A stretch of DNA of 60,556 bases from Phoronis australis (Eukaryota; Animalia; Phoronida): assembly GCA_002633005.1 (NCBI GenBank), contig NMRA01000922.1:1-60556 (forward strand), written 5' to 3'. Positions within the stretch are counted from its first letter, which is position 1; each line of letters begins with the position of its first letter. Below, piece by piece: positions 25,701 through 39,500 of this stretch. The position numbers were made by a program, and so were the translations under genes. The notes under the pieces were generated by a model. That model was given only the letters and a program-made list of their open reading frames with translations. It was not told the origin of the DNA and did not search any database.

Positions 25701-28700
25701 GCGCATTTTCCGTCCGATCGACATGAAATTGGCACGAATTATGTTTCTTGTAAAAATCTTGTTCTGTTAGTCTAGGCGAAGTTGAACAAAGATGACGCCA
25801 TGGTGGCTGTTTTGTTTTTTTGAATTTCCGTTGCTTATTCAGGGTCGCCGTTGATGTCGGTTGCTGTCAGTGGCCTTTCAGCGCCGTCCATTGCACTGGT
25901 TACCACGTTTCACAGTCATCGTGCTTTGACCTTTACACAGAAATACGTCTTAAGGCAACTGTAAACCTTGTTTACCAGGTTGTACTGATGTGCTCTAACC
26001 TCTACAAAAGTATATATTTTCTGAAAGGTGAATAAATTTCCCTAACAAAATTTAGTATTCTTCTTTACTTGTCTTTTTATTTCACAAATTATGCATTTTA
26101 GTAAAAAAATACTTTTTTTAATTTGAGCAGAGGTTTTAAAATATTGTTCCCTCAATCATGTTGGTCTTTTTGTAAATATGTTGATTTCGAGGGAACCGTG
26201 TCTCAGATATTTGAAATGGATCCTAGTTTTTTAATTATTCATTTTGAGACATTTTGAGCAAAAACGTCCGTACTATTGATTTTGAAGGATCTGTTCTGAA
26301 AAAATAGGACTTAAATCGAGATAATGAGAGAGAGTTATTTTTAGAAGATATCAAATACCAGTTATTCGAACTTTCTAACAATCCGTTCACGCACCTCCGA
26401 GAAATCGATGTTCAAAAATTGAAATAAACTCCAAAATTGCAACGCGAGAAATCAGCCATCATGACGCACGGCGGTGATCGAGAAGTACACTTTCGGCATC
26501 ACATCGGAACTCTACGGAGTTTCTTGACCGTTACAGCTAGTAATTTTCAGCCAGTCGAGTTGCGCATTTGTTATTTCAACATATGATGAATTTGGGTGTT
26601 GCCCAATGCAGAAATGTAGTAATAGCTCTCAGTTTTAACGACCTTATGCTCAGAATCACGTGATTAAATGTGGGCGGAGTTTGTATGTCATTCAGCTGAA
26701 CTAGGTCAAAGAGGCTTTATACATGTAGAGGGTTGGTACAACATGGACGTGGTGTAAATAGAATATAGAACAGAAACATGGAGAATTTTCGAATGACACT
26801 GAAAGAAATACTGAAAGAATTGTGCTGCGAGGTTGTTCGAGAAATGACCGAGCTCAGGGATAAGATTTAGCCATCATTTTATGTTGCTACTTAGAACCAC
26901 TTTCACGTCGAAATAGATCTCGAACCGTGTCCCTTGGTTTCCTTCCTTGTACAAATCTAGAAACAAATTTGGTTCCTAGCACAAATCAAGTTCGCAAAAT
27001 TGTGAACTTTGTGAATTTTCTCGGAGACACTCGAGGGTCTGATCGTAATTCACTGGGCTGGTCTTACCGGAGACCGAAGTCTCGGTTTACTAACTGAGTA
27101 TCGTGTTGTTTCTGTTTTCCATAACTTATGTCTGACGGTACTTGTAGATTTACATGTACATCCTTGATCCCCGGGTCCGGCATTTTCGAAGTGTGAAATA
27201 CACTACGAAGCCGAATGCATGCATCATTCAGCGACTTCACTGATGCAATAAAGCGTAGCCTCTGCCTGTTAGGCTTGCAAATATAAACTCTCGCTGACGG
27301 AATTACGCCTTCGCTTACATTTAAGTTTATTTCAGATTCGATCCACAAATCCTATGTATGAATGAATATTGATTTTTACAAAAATCGCGGTAACCTTAAA
27401 CCGCTCGGTAGTGCTCGGCCGATCGCAGAAATTACCGAAAGTGTAATTAGGTCATTGGGCTGAGCTTAATCGTCGACAGAAATAAAAGAGGTAATCGTAG
27501 GAAAGCGGTTGGTGAAAAACCTCTACAAAAGCGTGTCTTTGAATTTAATTCGATTCCTAGAAAAGTTGAGATCATACTTGAAGCTTTTATAAAAACAATA
27601 GTAACTTATTTTTTATTTTGAGTTTACAATTACGTAAACTTTTATCACGGGTCTAACATTTACGGGAACAATTTTAAAAAGACCAGGCCAAAGAACTGCA
27701 AATAGCTCCGACTGAGTCAAAATTGATTTGGTGAGCTTTCTGTGTATATTTGTTTTCATGAAGAAGCATTCGTTAGAAAAGCTTATACATGTACGAATGT
27801 AAGCTAGCACTTCGTTTCATGTTTGGAATTGAAGATTTTATACTCTCCAAGCTGAATAATAAAAAGAAGATATAATTTCCAATAACTGAAGCTAGTAAGA
27901 TTGAATTCAACGTGGCGTTCTTCAGGACCACAACAAGGTGGGAGTTACGAGCTAAGGAGTCAACTTTGATTTGAAATAATATCATTAGATCGGGTAAAAA
28001 GACGCGCACCTATTGATTCATGTATACATTAATGGGAACTCCACAGTTTTATAAGAGACCCCGAAGCTCAATTCCTTTGTTATAGAGTCGTTGGCTCTGT
28101 GAATCTGCTTTTGTGAATAAAATGAAAAAGTCTTACACATTGATTGCAACAACTAAAATTTTATCATTTGTTAGTTTACCCAATTACTGTGACAATGTGC
28201 AACACTGCTTTCCAATCATTAACTTTCGTTTGCAAATACAACAACCATACAGAACTACATGTAGTTAAGCGTCATCTACGCCTTCAAAACAAACTGCGGT
28301 ACAATCATTGAGAATATTGATGCGGCGTGGAAATGCTTTTCAAAATACGTATGTTTCTAGAGAGCAATGTCTAGCAAAAAGAAGTTCACTGAAAATGAGA
28401 TGTAACCATGCAAGTAAATAAAAACCACTGACCTCGTCGTTCAATAATAGTACACTGTATAAGAGCGTTGAACTAGGAATATGTCGTAAACTATGATACA
28501 TGTAGGACGTCTAGCCTTCTGTCTCCTCTGGTGTAATGACAATTTCGGGACCCCCTCATGTTTAGCGTAATACAATTTGGGAGGTATAAATTTAGAAGAC
28601 GGGAAAATATCCCTAGTATTGTTTTCCACTACGAACGTTGTCAGGATAATTTACTAGACAAATCCGTGCGTCGACCCATCCAACCTTGAACTTTTTGTCG

Positions 28701-28712
28701 TAACCATAACGA

Positions 28713-28780
28713 TTAGTTGAGCACCCCCTTGCAGATGAGGGGTCCTATAGTCAATTTCCCTTCCTCTTCCGGATAACCAC
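28713..28780 (-). CDS. Distal alternative last exon of the SRCR-TSP1-fibrinogen-like gene (GGYPEEEGKLTIGPLICKGVLN*)
   Basis: Acceptor CTTTTTCCAG|, phase 1, 68 nt to TAA. Homologous to exon 30477-30544 and to the Caspr K-L/I-T-V/I-G-P-L-x-C-x-G motif. Confidence 0.75.
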
Positions 28781-29155
28781 CTGGAAAAAGTCAGAACGGG
28801 TTAATGATATTTACCTTACAATTCATGCACGTTGTTCATTGTTTCGTAACATTTGTTGCACAAACGTTCAATACTTATCACTCTCAACGCAAAACAGAGG
28901 TCACAAACGCAGTTATTACTAGTTCTCAAAGCATAAAGTAATTAAAACTAATTAGTACCGTCGAAATGCATTGGACAAAATGACGTCATGTGTTGTCGTA
29001 TTTCTCCATGATACACGTAGCAAGTAGCAGCATATGTTGAGAAAAACAACGATGGATTTAAATCCGCTTGACAGGTTTCGGCGTTTATTAAAACACCATC
29101 CTCAGTAGCAAAAACAGCGGTCACCTTGCAATGCCCATAGCTTAACATCCTTTGT

Positions 29156-29705
29156 TTATAACGCGGGTCTCGTTAAAACTCTAATAGATAGGGTATATCG
29201 CCCCAAAAACACCTGGGCTAGATTTGATTAAAGAACTTACATCAAATTTGCAAAGTTATGTCTATCCCTTTGAACTAGTCAATAGACGGTACTGAAAGCA
29301 AGACTACAACGTAACCCTGATGATATTCGTCCTGTAGACAATACTAACTGCAAGTATTTTAAAATACCCTATGTTGGTTTTTACTCCAGGATTGCTCAAC
29401 GAAAACTCGACAAATTGCATTAACTTAGAGAGTTGTATTAACATTCGACTGTTTAACACGGTCTAATTTATTTAACCGTAAAGACAAATTTCCTATGGGT
29501 CTACGGTCCAGGGTAGTGTACAAATTTATCTGTGCTCGATGTGGTTACACATACTGTATATTGGCAAAACTGTTCGCCATTTGAAAACCCGAACCACTGA
29601 ACATCTAAATTCTGACAAAAGTTGTTATTTTAAAATATTCATCTACAGAGCTCTAATCATTGTTATGAGCAATACTTTTCCACCGACTTTGCTATATTAG
29701 ACCAA
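29156..29705 (+). mobile_element. Decayed Penelope-like retroelement (RT C-terminus + GIY-YIG endonuclease)
   Basis: Fragments GLVKTLIDRVYR, YFKIPYVGFYSRIAQRKL and KDKFPMGLRSRVVYKFICARCG, then frameshifted YIGKTVRHLKTRTTEHLNSDKS and DFAILDQ. Confidence 0.88.
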
Positions 29706-30476
29706 GAATTATGGTGCGATCGTTAGTCTTTTCTACATTGTCAAGTGCGTATAGGTAAGGACTAAGACAGGGCTGCCTGCCGTAGAGCAAGTTGTTTTTA
29801 GAAAAAAGCGAGACCACGTACTGTACAAGTAATTCACTGCGAGATATCGCCATGCATTAAAAGCGTAGCACGTGATCTCACTAGTTTTACTTGAGCAGCA
29901 TCTACGGAACGTGCACATGGTTGAACGTGCGCCAGTGGATTTGCAAAAAAATGTTCCCGTTTACAACCTGCACACCTGTCTCCCACTAACAAACTTATAA
30001 GTTGATACATCAGGCTTGATTCAATGGTTGGAAGACGCACCTTAGCCCAGATTTGAACGGGCAAACAGGACGCCAATTATACGGAGACATATTTGCATCA
30101 TTAGTATGATGACACATGGTAAGGTATGAGGACATCGCTGGGACAGCGATATGGAAAGACAACGGAATCAATGGTACGAAAACATCTCCGTGTCAATGAC
30201 ATTAGAACACAACACCGGTTAGTGAAATGGAAATTGTGTCTGTGGCACGAAGGCACATCTGGTTCCAGTGTGCGAAAACATAGGGTCAGGAATATGCAGT
30301 CATATTAGCGTAATCGGTAGCTTAAACACAAGGAGGCGATGTGTTTAAGTTCACTTCTAGGTCAGGGATATTGGGACGTTTCCTGTTCAATGATATAGGA
30401 TAAGTTTAAAGCAGTGACAAGGGAAACAACTGGTTCATACGTATGGGGTGCAGAATAATTACGCGTTTTGTCGTAA

Positions 30477-30544
30477 CTACAACAGGATATCTCCCGAGCA
30501 AATCAAACGACCAACAGTGATTTTCCCTGCTTCAGTCGGATCAC
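30477..30544 (-). CDS. Proximal last exon (GDPTEAGKITVGRLICSGDILL*)
   Basis: TTCTTGTTTTAG| acceptor; completes the Caspr-type domain; TAG stop. Confidence 0.85.
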
Positions 30545-33500
30545 CTAAAACAAGAAGCAGGACTAATCAAATAACGCATGCGTGATACCATTAACGTAAA
30601 TGTCAAACCACGGTGTGCTCACCATGAAAAGAAGTGGGCTTTTGAACCAAGCATGAACAATTGCGCACAGAAAGGAGGAGGCTCTAGATAGTCGAGCTAT
30701 TCTTGTTCAGCCATTAAATACTGAATTATAAAATATGATGATCTGGTGACATTTGACTGAAGAATGGCGCCATCGTTTCGTTTTATACCCAGTATACATA
30801 CGAGTTGTCAGTCTAGGCATGTATGAAAAGATTTGTAAAATAGAAAAATTGCGAATTATACGATAAATATTAATTTCATTACCCGTGTCTCCGGCAAGGA
30901 CAGTCATTACGGGCAAGTCTTTCTTTGAAGTGATGTTCCCCTCGTCAAAACGCCAAATTTCGTCGTTGGCGTCACAGTTGCATAAATGGCCGCCGTAACA
31001 GTCACCAGTCAGTGAGCATGCGCAGCCCCCAGTTGCCTTGTTTCCGCCTACAATAGGCCTTGACATTATATACTATGTGTTGCAATAATTACGTCGCGTT
31101 TTCCTTACTGATGGAATCATTTTGCGTAAGTGACGTGACGCTAATTAAGCATATTTTTAAATAAAAAAGTTTATTCGCGCGCTTTAATTGTCGTTTTTAC
31201 CTCAAGAATGGATAGTTTCGACATGCGCAGACTGGCCAGGCCCACCATAGATACCGTTGTCTAGTCCCATAAGCCCAAAGCCAACACGGCAGAACCATTC
31301 ACATGCCCCATAACAACAGATTATTTTCCAAGTGTTTCCGATGATGTTTCACTAAAACAGTTTCCAAGCAAACACAAAGAGCACTGTTGCAAAAACCACT
31401 ATTACACATAGCGGTCTATCAACGATTTCAACTCCAGATATATATTCCAGTAATGGGTTACGCTAGCCCACTGACACGCCAAGCCTTAAGTACATGTATA
31501 CGGCTGTTTGGTCGATTCAGACAGGCACCGTGGGCGGTAGTAAAGTTGTTTCACGTTCTTTTTTACGTGCGGTAACAAGATTATTCTCAATTGACAATGA
31601 ATTTGATGGTATTTGGATTTTTAGCGTCCCTCGTCGTGGGTAGAGTTCAGTAACGCTTGGGCCTACGCTGACCATATCTCTACAAAAAAAGCAAGACTTT
31701 GTGAGATTACCTGAGTTTTGCCGTGTATTTTAAATGACAACAGGAGATTCTGGTTAATTTTTTCTAACCGTTAGTCTATCCTGGTATATCGCATGGCATG
31801 TGCCCAAAGCGCATTTCTTCACAACCAGTATCAGTGGGCTAAAATGGCAGGCTATTGTTCTATTTACATTTTGCATCAACCTGATTGGCTGAATTGACAC
31901 GTTGGAATTATCCATTCTTTCCACATAGCACTGAGTTTAATTTCAGAAATTTATAGCAACTTCTGTGGTCTGCGGACAGGTAGCAGTGCACCATCGAGTG
32001 AAAAGTGACACTAACTGTATAGCCGGGCAAAACATGCGTGGCAGAGTAGCACACTCTAGTGAACTAGTGCAGTGGCGGAAATTTACCATTCCTTAAGGAA
32101 AAATAGACTAACGTTTGCTCGTTTTCGTCGTAATTTCTTTGGAATTGTTAGCATTACCTGCCCAGTAGAACTGCTCAATTTGGTCCCGATTCATCCAGAA
32201 AGTGACAGCGCCAAACTTGTTGTGCATGGTAGCCGAAAGACAGTCCCATCGGAGTGACTGCCTGCACTCCAAGGAGGCGTCGACGAGTGCTGCCACTTGT
32301 TTGATGCCAGGGTAACCAGCAAGAGTGTTCTTGTACGCAATGCTCAGAACGAACTCCCCCATTCCCTCGTGTTCCTTGACCTCGATGGGTTGCTCATGAT
32401 TGTGTTCTGGAACGAAATGCCTCTTGGATCAATCGAGAGCGACAACGTGTTGCTATTTTTAAACCAGAGCTGATCACTGTTCTTGATTTCGTTAAAGAAG
32501 CATTTCCTGGATTGCAAATACCAAGCTGGAGGCAGTGTTGAAATGCGCACATCTTCTGGTCCCTTGCCCATGCACTATGTAGCCTAAGACAACACAAGTA
32601 TACAATAAATGTAGGGGCATAAGTGATTTCGTACCTACAATGGTGGTGCCTTGGTCAATTGACATGTCACAATAGGCTGCAAAAGGCTTTAGAGGGCCCT
32701 CCATGTCTGGGTCGATGTCGGTGTATCCGCTGTCGGTCTTACCACGCGCGTACCACTCCCGACAGGTTCTAGCTGCAATGCATTCCCAATGATTAAAACG
32801 TCTGATTGGTTCTGGATGGCGACCTCCGGCTTAAAGACCAACCAGGGGTGCGTATCGTAGAGGCGAAAATCTCTCGAAAACGCGAGAACACGCAAGTCTT
32901 CGACAGATATCGTCCGGTATTGCAAGCAAAATACACGAGCCTCCTCACTAAACGAGATTCTTACGTCTACAAAATTCTGCCTAAATGTCTTAGCCGGTTG
33001 ACTACACAACCGAAAAACAATCAAGTGCAACCATTACCCCATTGAACTTTGGCGCACCTAAATTCATGTTTCGAATATGGTTGTTCACAATCTTCGTTAA
33101 AACACTCACGCTGATTTCTACTTAAATAAAATCATGTCTTTCTAAATTTTAGGAGATCAAAAGCCATGAACTCGTTTATCGCGAACCTTAAGTCAAAAGC
33201 TGATTTTGTCTAAAAATTGTGATTTGCCACAGAGACTTAATGTATATATCATTCTGAGACGTATTTTTCTCAAGGAACTTGCTTGCAAATCATGTTTTTG
33301 TATTTTAACAGCAACAGAAACGGACATTAGTTTACCGAGCTACCATGCTGTTTCAGTCACAAAGTACAGCAGTCAAATGATGGAAACAGAGTTTTCCGCA
33401 GGCAAGCCCGGTTTTTTCGGTACCAAAATCTAAATGTTAGTGTATACGCCCGAGCTTATGGCAAAGTCGAGTATACGCGCAGGAGTCTTAATAAAAAAAT

Positions 33501-36500
33501 TTAAGTGGACAATTGACCGGGCTTTCTGCTAAATAATATACTGTCACGTGAACCCTTTCTTTCATAGCAGAGTATTGTTTGTGATTGAAAATGTTAAAAT
33601 TGCGTTTCTTCAGATTTAAACGGGTAGTTACACTACATGTATTTAAGTCGCTTAACGTCACTCAGTAGGACTGACGTTATTCCTTACTACTTAGGATCTA
33701 TGTAAATCTTAACAAGAGCATAGAAACTGCTATCAGCGACTCAAGAAACTATTTTGAAGTTTATCGGGGTTGACCAAACCTAAACTAAGTTTATCAAGTC
33801 AAAATTTTAATAATAGAGACGCCCTGGGCGCCTCGCCCTCAGTAGTTAATTGCAAATGGCCCCGCCTCCAGGAAAGTCCGGTTGTATTCTGAGTGATTTT
33901 GAGAAACGTCATCCTTTTGACCGCTTTATCTCAAACTCCACATCACGTTTGTAAACCATAGACTTCAAGCCATGAGTCACCTCCTACGGTAACATTTGGG
34001 GTCTATTATGCCAACGCATATGCGAGCTTAAGCCAGATTGTGACCGACTCTTCCTAATCCATTTACAAATTAATGCACATGGCTTTGGTGCACTGCTGAA
34101 GAAAACTTATCCGCCAATTTCTCTTATAATGCATCGGTCTTTAAAATTCGAAGACATCTATGACGTTTCAATTGTAAAATATCATGTTGTTCGGTAGCCT
34201 TACCTATTGTTCATTTTTTTACTTTGAAACTAGTACGCTAAACAGGCACGTTGGCAACGACAGCACTTATCTCATCCAATACACAATGGACCAAGCCCAT
34301 TAGTATATGTAGGGAGTAGCTCACTTCAATACATGACGGCCCGGTCAAGACTTTGGTATTACTAGGAACTCGCAGGATATTCTCGAGTGAACAGAGCACA
34401 CTTTCTCGTCCACTTGCGAGCAAATCGTGTTAGCGTAAGAGATCCCTAACGACATAAAGCAGTGTTTTGGTCAACACTGTATCTATGTACCAATGGATCG
34501 GATAAGCCTCAACGCAAAGGCGAAGAACTACGATTTCAATTGTTTGCCGCCAAAGAATGTTAACTGAGCAATACATGGTACCTTGTGGCTCAAGACAATG
34601 TGTTTGCGATTTATTGAAGAAACTACTGCGTCTTCAATTGTTTAATGGATACTTCATTCAATTATTGACCGTATTTCCATGTTTTGATGCATGCCATTTT
34701 CGATAGCCAATTGAGTTCATGGATTTCCGTTTGCGCTGAGGCTAACATTTGCGATGCAAGCTTAGTCCTCCTCCACTACCGGTGACAACGAAAGTCTTAC
34801 TCACGCAAATTGCAACTGTAAATGCTGCAGGGCATCGACTGCGTGCTGTTATGGAGGCAAGGAGCAGTGAGGTTCCCATGGGTAGTCAGGTTACATTCCC
34901 TTGTTCTTATCTGTACACCACCACCGCATGTCTTACTGCACTCTTGCCAGGAGCCCCATTCTAGCCATTCCCCAGGAACTGAAATATAATAAAACAATTA
35001 CCAGCTCTATGCTGGTGAAGGATGAACCCTGTCCTCATTTCAAGAAAAAACGAAAACTTTAAAATGACGATGTGTATCTACTTGCACAGAGGGCTACTGT
35101 AATGCAAAAACTGCGACCTATTAGAGTTTCAGTTTGCGAAGAGTGCGAACTCTCATCGTGGTGATGTGACTCATCATGAATTCATTGAACTTTTCATTTA
35201 ATATTCAAGTCAGCAAACTTGTCCAAAACCAAGTTTTAACCGGCAACAATACTGCATGTTCTGAATTTACAACACTGTTTTGCAAGCCCAACATCGCCCC
35301 TTAAAATATAACTACGCAAAACAAAGCGCTTACTCGGACAAGGATTCTCATTGCACACTTGCTGCTCACTCGCCGCCCCTTCGCAATCATTTCCATTGTA
35401 GAATGGACCGTAGCACGCCCTGGATCTGTTCCATATACCTCCTCCACACGAAACAGAACAGTCAGACCACCTCGACCAGTCGTTCCAAACACCATCGACT
35501 GCAATGGCATGGCAATTGAAAACCAGTTTCCTACTTTGATCANNNNNNNNNNNNNNNNNNNNNNNNNNNNNNNNNNNNNNNNNNNNNNNNNNNNNNNNNN
35601 NNNNNNNNNNNNNNNNNNNNNNNNNNNNNNNNNNNNNNNNNNNNNNNNNNNNNNNNNNNNNNNNNNNNNNNNNNNNNNNNNNNNNNNNNNNNNNNNNNNN
35701 NNNNNNNNNNNNNNNNNNNNNNNNNNNNNNNNNNNNNNNNNNNNNNNNNNNNNNNNNNNNNNNNNNNNNNNNNNNNNNNNNNNNNNNNNNNNNNNNNNNN
35801 NNNNNNNNNNNNNNNNNNNNNNNNNNNNNNNNNNNNNNNNNNNNNNNNNNNNNNNNNNNNNNNNNNNNNNNNNNNNNNNNNNNNNNNNNNNNNNNNNNNN
35901 NNNNNNNNNNNNNNNNNNNNNNNNNNNNNNNNNNNNNNNNNNNNNNNNNNNNNNNNNNNNNNNNNNNNNNNNNNNNNNNNNNNNNNNNNNNNNNNNNNNN
36001 NNNNNNNNNNNNNNNNNNNNNNNNNNNNNNNNNNNNNNNNNNNNNNNNNNNNNNNNNNNNNNNNNNNNNNNNNNNNNNNNNNNNNNNNNNNNNNNNNNNN
36101 NNNNNNNNNNNTCGAAACCCCCCCCCCCCTCCCCCATTGGCTAGAACGATAGTGACGCCCTGCACTAGCTATGCTGAAGTCAGTGAGAGACGGACGCAGC
36201 GTCGCCAACTCAAGTAAGCAAATTCCAGTATTTGACTTACTTTTTCTATATTAAACTTATACTAAGCCCACACTTCAGTGTCACTCACAATTCTAATATG
36301 CAATTTTTGTATCAAAAAGGTAGTTGGTTCTGGTCATTGATGCTCATGAAAATCAAATCTGTAATGCGGTTTTTTCCAAAAAAGAAATCCACTTCATATG
36401 AACAAAAATGATGCTGAACATGTTTTTGTTTGTTTGTTTTACTCATCCCCAGGTAAGACAGGACGCTTCAATTCTTGTTTACCTTTACTCACATAGCTCT

Positions 36501-39500
36501 GTGTAATTCTTCAAAAAAGAAAACAAGACTTTGGCTGAAATTGATGAGAACGCACGGATTTTTAATCGGTTAGTGCAGATCTAAGAATGGGTCGGGGTAC
36601 AGACCCCAACAAACAATAATTTTAGTCTATCTGCTGTAGACTGGAATTCCAAAATTCCATTTAAACCATTTTCAAACGATCAATGATTTTAGGATACACT
36701 CTGACGCTTGCAGTATATAAAAACAGTTCGGTACCTGGACATGGCGTCACGTTGCATACTCTAGATTCTGTTGTTTTCTGCTCACATTCTTTTCCACCAT
36801 GGAAAGGTCCATGGCACGTGCGATTTCGCGCCTGCACTCCATCACCGCAGGTGACGCTGCATGAGGCCCATGGGGACCAGGGGAGATAAATACCGTCCAC
36901 TGAAATCGACACAATCCAGGCCTGAAGTCCGCGGACCCAAGACATTAGCTACTTGCGGCAAGAAAGATTCAATTATGGAATGGAAATTCATTCCGTCCCA
37001 CAATTCAACAATTCAACCTCTCCTAGCAATCAACACTGCATTTTTCAAAAGTTCGATATTGTAAGCAAAATACTCGCTTTTCACTAATTGCTTTTTCGCC
37101 ATCTCCTTTTTTCGCAAGGAACGGAGCGTACCCAAGTATACAACGGAAGAGATTCCTTAAAAGAGTGTGATACAATCTCGTCGCCAAATCGGTGTCAGTG
37201 CGCCGTCGAACCTCAACAAGATGATCAAGTTAAATCTTTCTTACCAGGGCATGGCTGTCTGTTACAACCCTCAGACAAAGTGGCGTTTCCTTTGCATGGC
37301 TTTCCTCCGAAGTATGGACCAATGCACGTTCTATTTCTCTCGCGGTGACCACCACCGCAGCTGACGTCACACCGCCCCCATTCTTGCCAGCTGTCATAGT
37401 ATCCATCAACTTTTGAAAATAATCCATTTCACTTGATTGTAACATCATGTTTGAAGTATCCTACATTCATTAGACAATTTAAATAGAAGCGCATAATCAA
37501 TAAAAATGTGTTCAAATACTCGAATCAACATCGTCTCTAAGAGTGTCATGATTTTTTGAATTGTTATTTCCATAATCGTGAGTTGGACATGGCTGAGTGC
37601 AAAGATTTTAGCTCTGTGGGCGAAGCGCCACGTGAGACGGAATATGAGCTAACTTAGAGAAATCACTGTTACACACTATTAAACACGGTATAAAGTACCA
37701 CAGTCACGTGTACTCTGAAAATATTTCCATACCAGGACAAGAAGTGTTACTGCAAACCCGTGTCTCTTCCCTTGATCCGGAACAGTTCAGACCACCATAA
37801 AACGGACCGTCGCATAGCCTCGACCGATGCTGTGCACCGCCTCCGCAAGTGACGTCACACGTGCCCCAGTGTGACCAAGACTTCCATACACCGTCAACTT
37901 TGAAGTTGGTAAAACAGTAAAAGAGGAAAGGTCACACGTACATGTAGCTATCTCTTCTTCACTTTAAACAATCGAGAACTACTTTTTTGATCCATGGCTA
38001 GTTACGTAGAAAATATCGTTATAATGAACTTACCTGGACAGTTGTGTTCATTACAGGATTTTGAAGCGTTTACAGTCCCATTGCAGTTTAAGCCACCGTA
38101 AAACGGTCCCACGCATGATCTGGTCCTTATCTGAGCACCTCCTCCACAGGTGGCGCTGCAGTCTCCCCAGCCCGACCATTCGTTGAAGTGCCCATCCACT
38201 TGACGCAGACAAGCAACAAAATAGTGAAACAATCTTCTCAGAGGATAATAATAGGTAACATCAAAGTTGATATGACTAAAACATTTTGGTTATGTCTTGG
38301 GTGCAAATTCAGTGAGACAGTGTTAGACATGGGAATGGAACTTCTATTTGTCATTAGTGTTTATTCAACGAATATTCAACCAAATCACAACTAATGCTTC
38401 TCGGACCATCTGCGATGGACGACAATATCTTAAGTCTTAATGGGATAGCCTCCTGGGCCATTTATAATTCAATTTTCTATTGTTGCAAAAACATTGTAAC
38501 GTTTCAGGTCGATACGCTGTTCCGCCATAAATTGTCGCCATCGATATAACCTGTCGCCCGGACAACAGTTTAAGTCGATGGCGACTATTTATGCCTGTGA
38601 CTCCGACTCAATTTTTGACCTGAGCTTTCAGATAAGTCTCGCCTCCCCGGGAAACATTTTATGTCGCCAAAGAAATGACATAAATTATAAGGACAAAGTA
38701 GTAACGATGTAATTGGGAGAGAAACTCCAGTTCTGTTTTCCACGTGTGCTTAGTAAATGGACACAGAGATCAGACCAGTTGCTAGGGTATGCCAAGGCTG
38801 CGAACGTGCCCCTCCCAATTGAAAATGCGGTCTGCTCAATTTTAAACCTGTTTCTGGCATTTCGGGCAACAAAATCACTATTCAAGCTTTTCTAGGAAAC
38901 GAACAGCCTTTTTAAAATACCGTATGATTCAAAGGCAAGATGGCGGTGCAACTACTCCCAGCGACGACCATCCTGGTATCAATAATACACTGTACTTACA
39001 TTTTATTCCATGTGGCAAGTTGCTCAGACTACTGGTATATTTATACAGTTTTAACTCTTTTTTGACACCGTGCAAATGTACAGGTAAGTCAAAATAAAGT
39101 CCATTCTGGCAACATTAATTGGGCGACTTTTGCTTCTGCCATCTACGCAAACCCACTATCACTTGCCATTGTCAAACTATGGAGGCGAGAATTTATGTCA
39201 CTGCTAAGTAACGACATAAGTTGTCGCCGAGCGACAATTTATGCGGGAGCTCCCGATGACAACAATTTATGTCGTAACATACGTTAGTCCTTCATCTGGA
39301 AGAACAGCAGAGTTGCAAGTCTCCTCAATGCCTTCAATATTTTAACGAGAGAAAATGAGACTTTGTCCCCACACAGTTTTTCTTCGCCGCAGTCCTACTG
39401 CGACCTTAAGCTAAAATTTGAACTGTAATAGAGACATCAGCACTATGACTTTGAACTGATTATACCAAAAAGAATTGGGTACTTTTATTCTGTACAAAGA

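Noticed and set aside
24850-27400. Possible Kolobok-like non-autonomous elements (TTAAGG ends at about 25950 and 27395)
   Set aside because: The termini do not pair into a convincing TIR, so no bounded feature was called.
35236-36208. Long ORFs (222-309 aa) in the ORF track
   Set aside because: Artefacts of translating the N gap.
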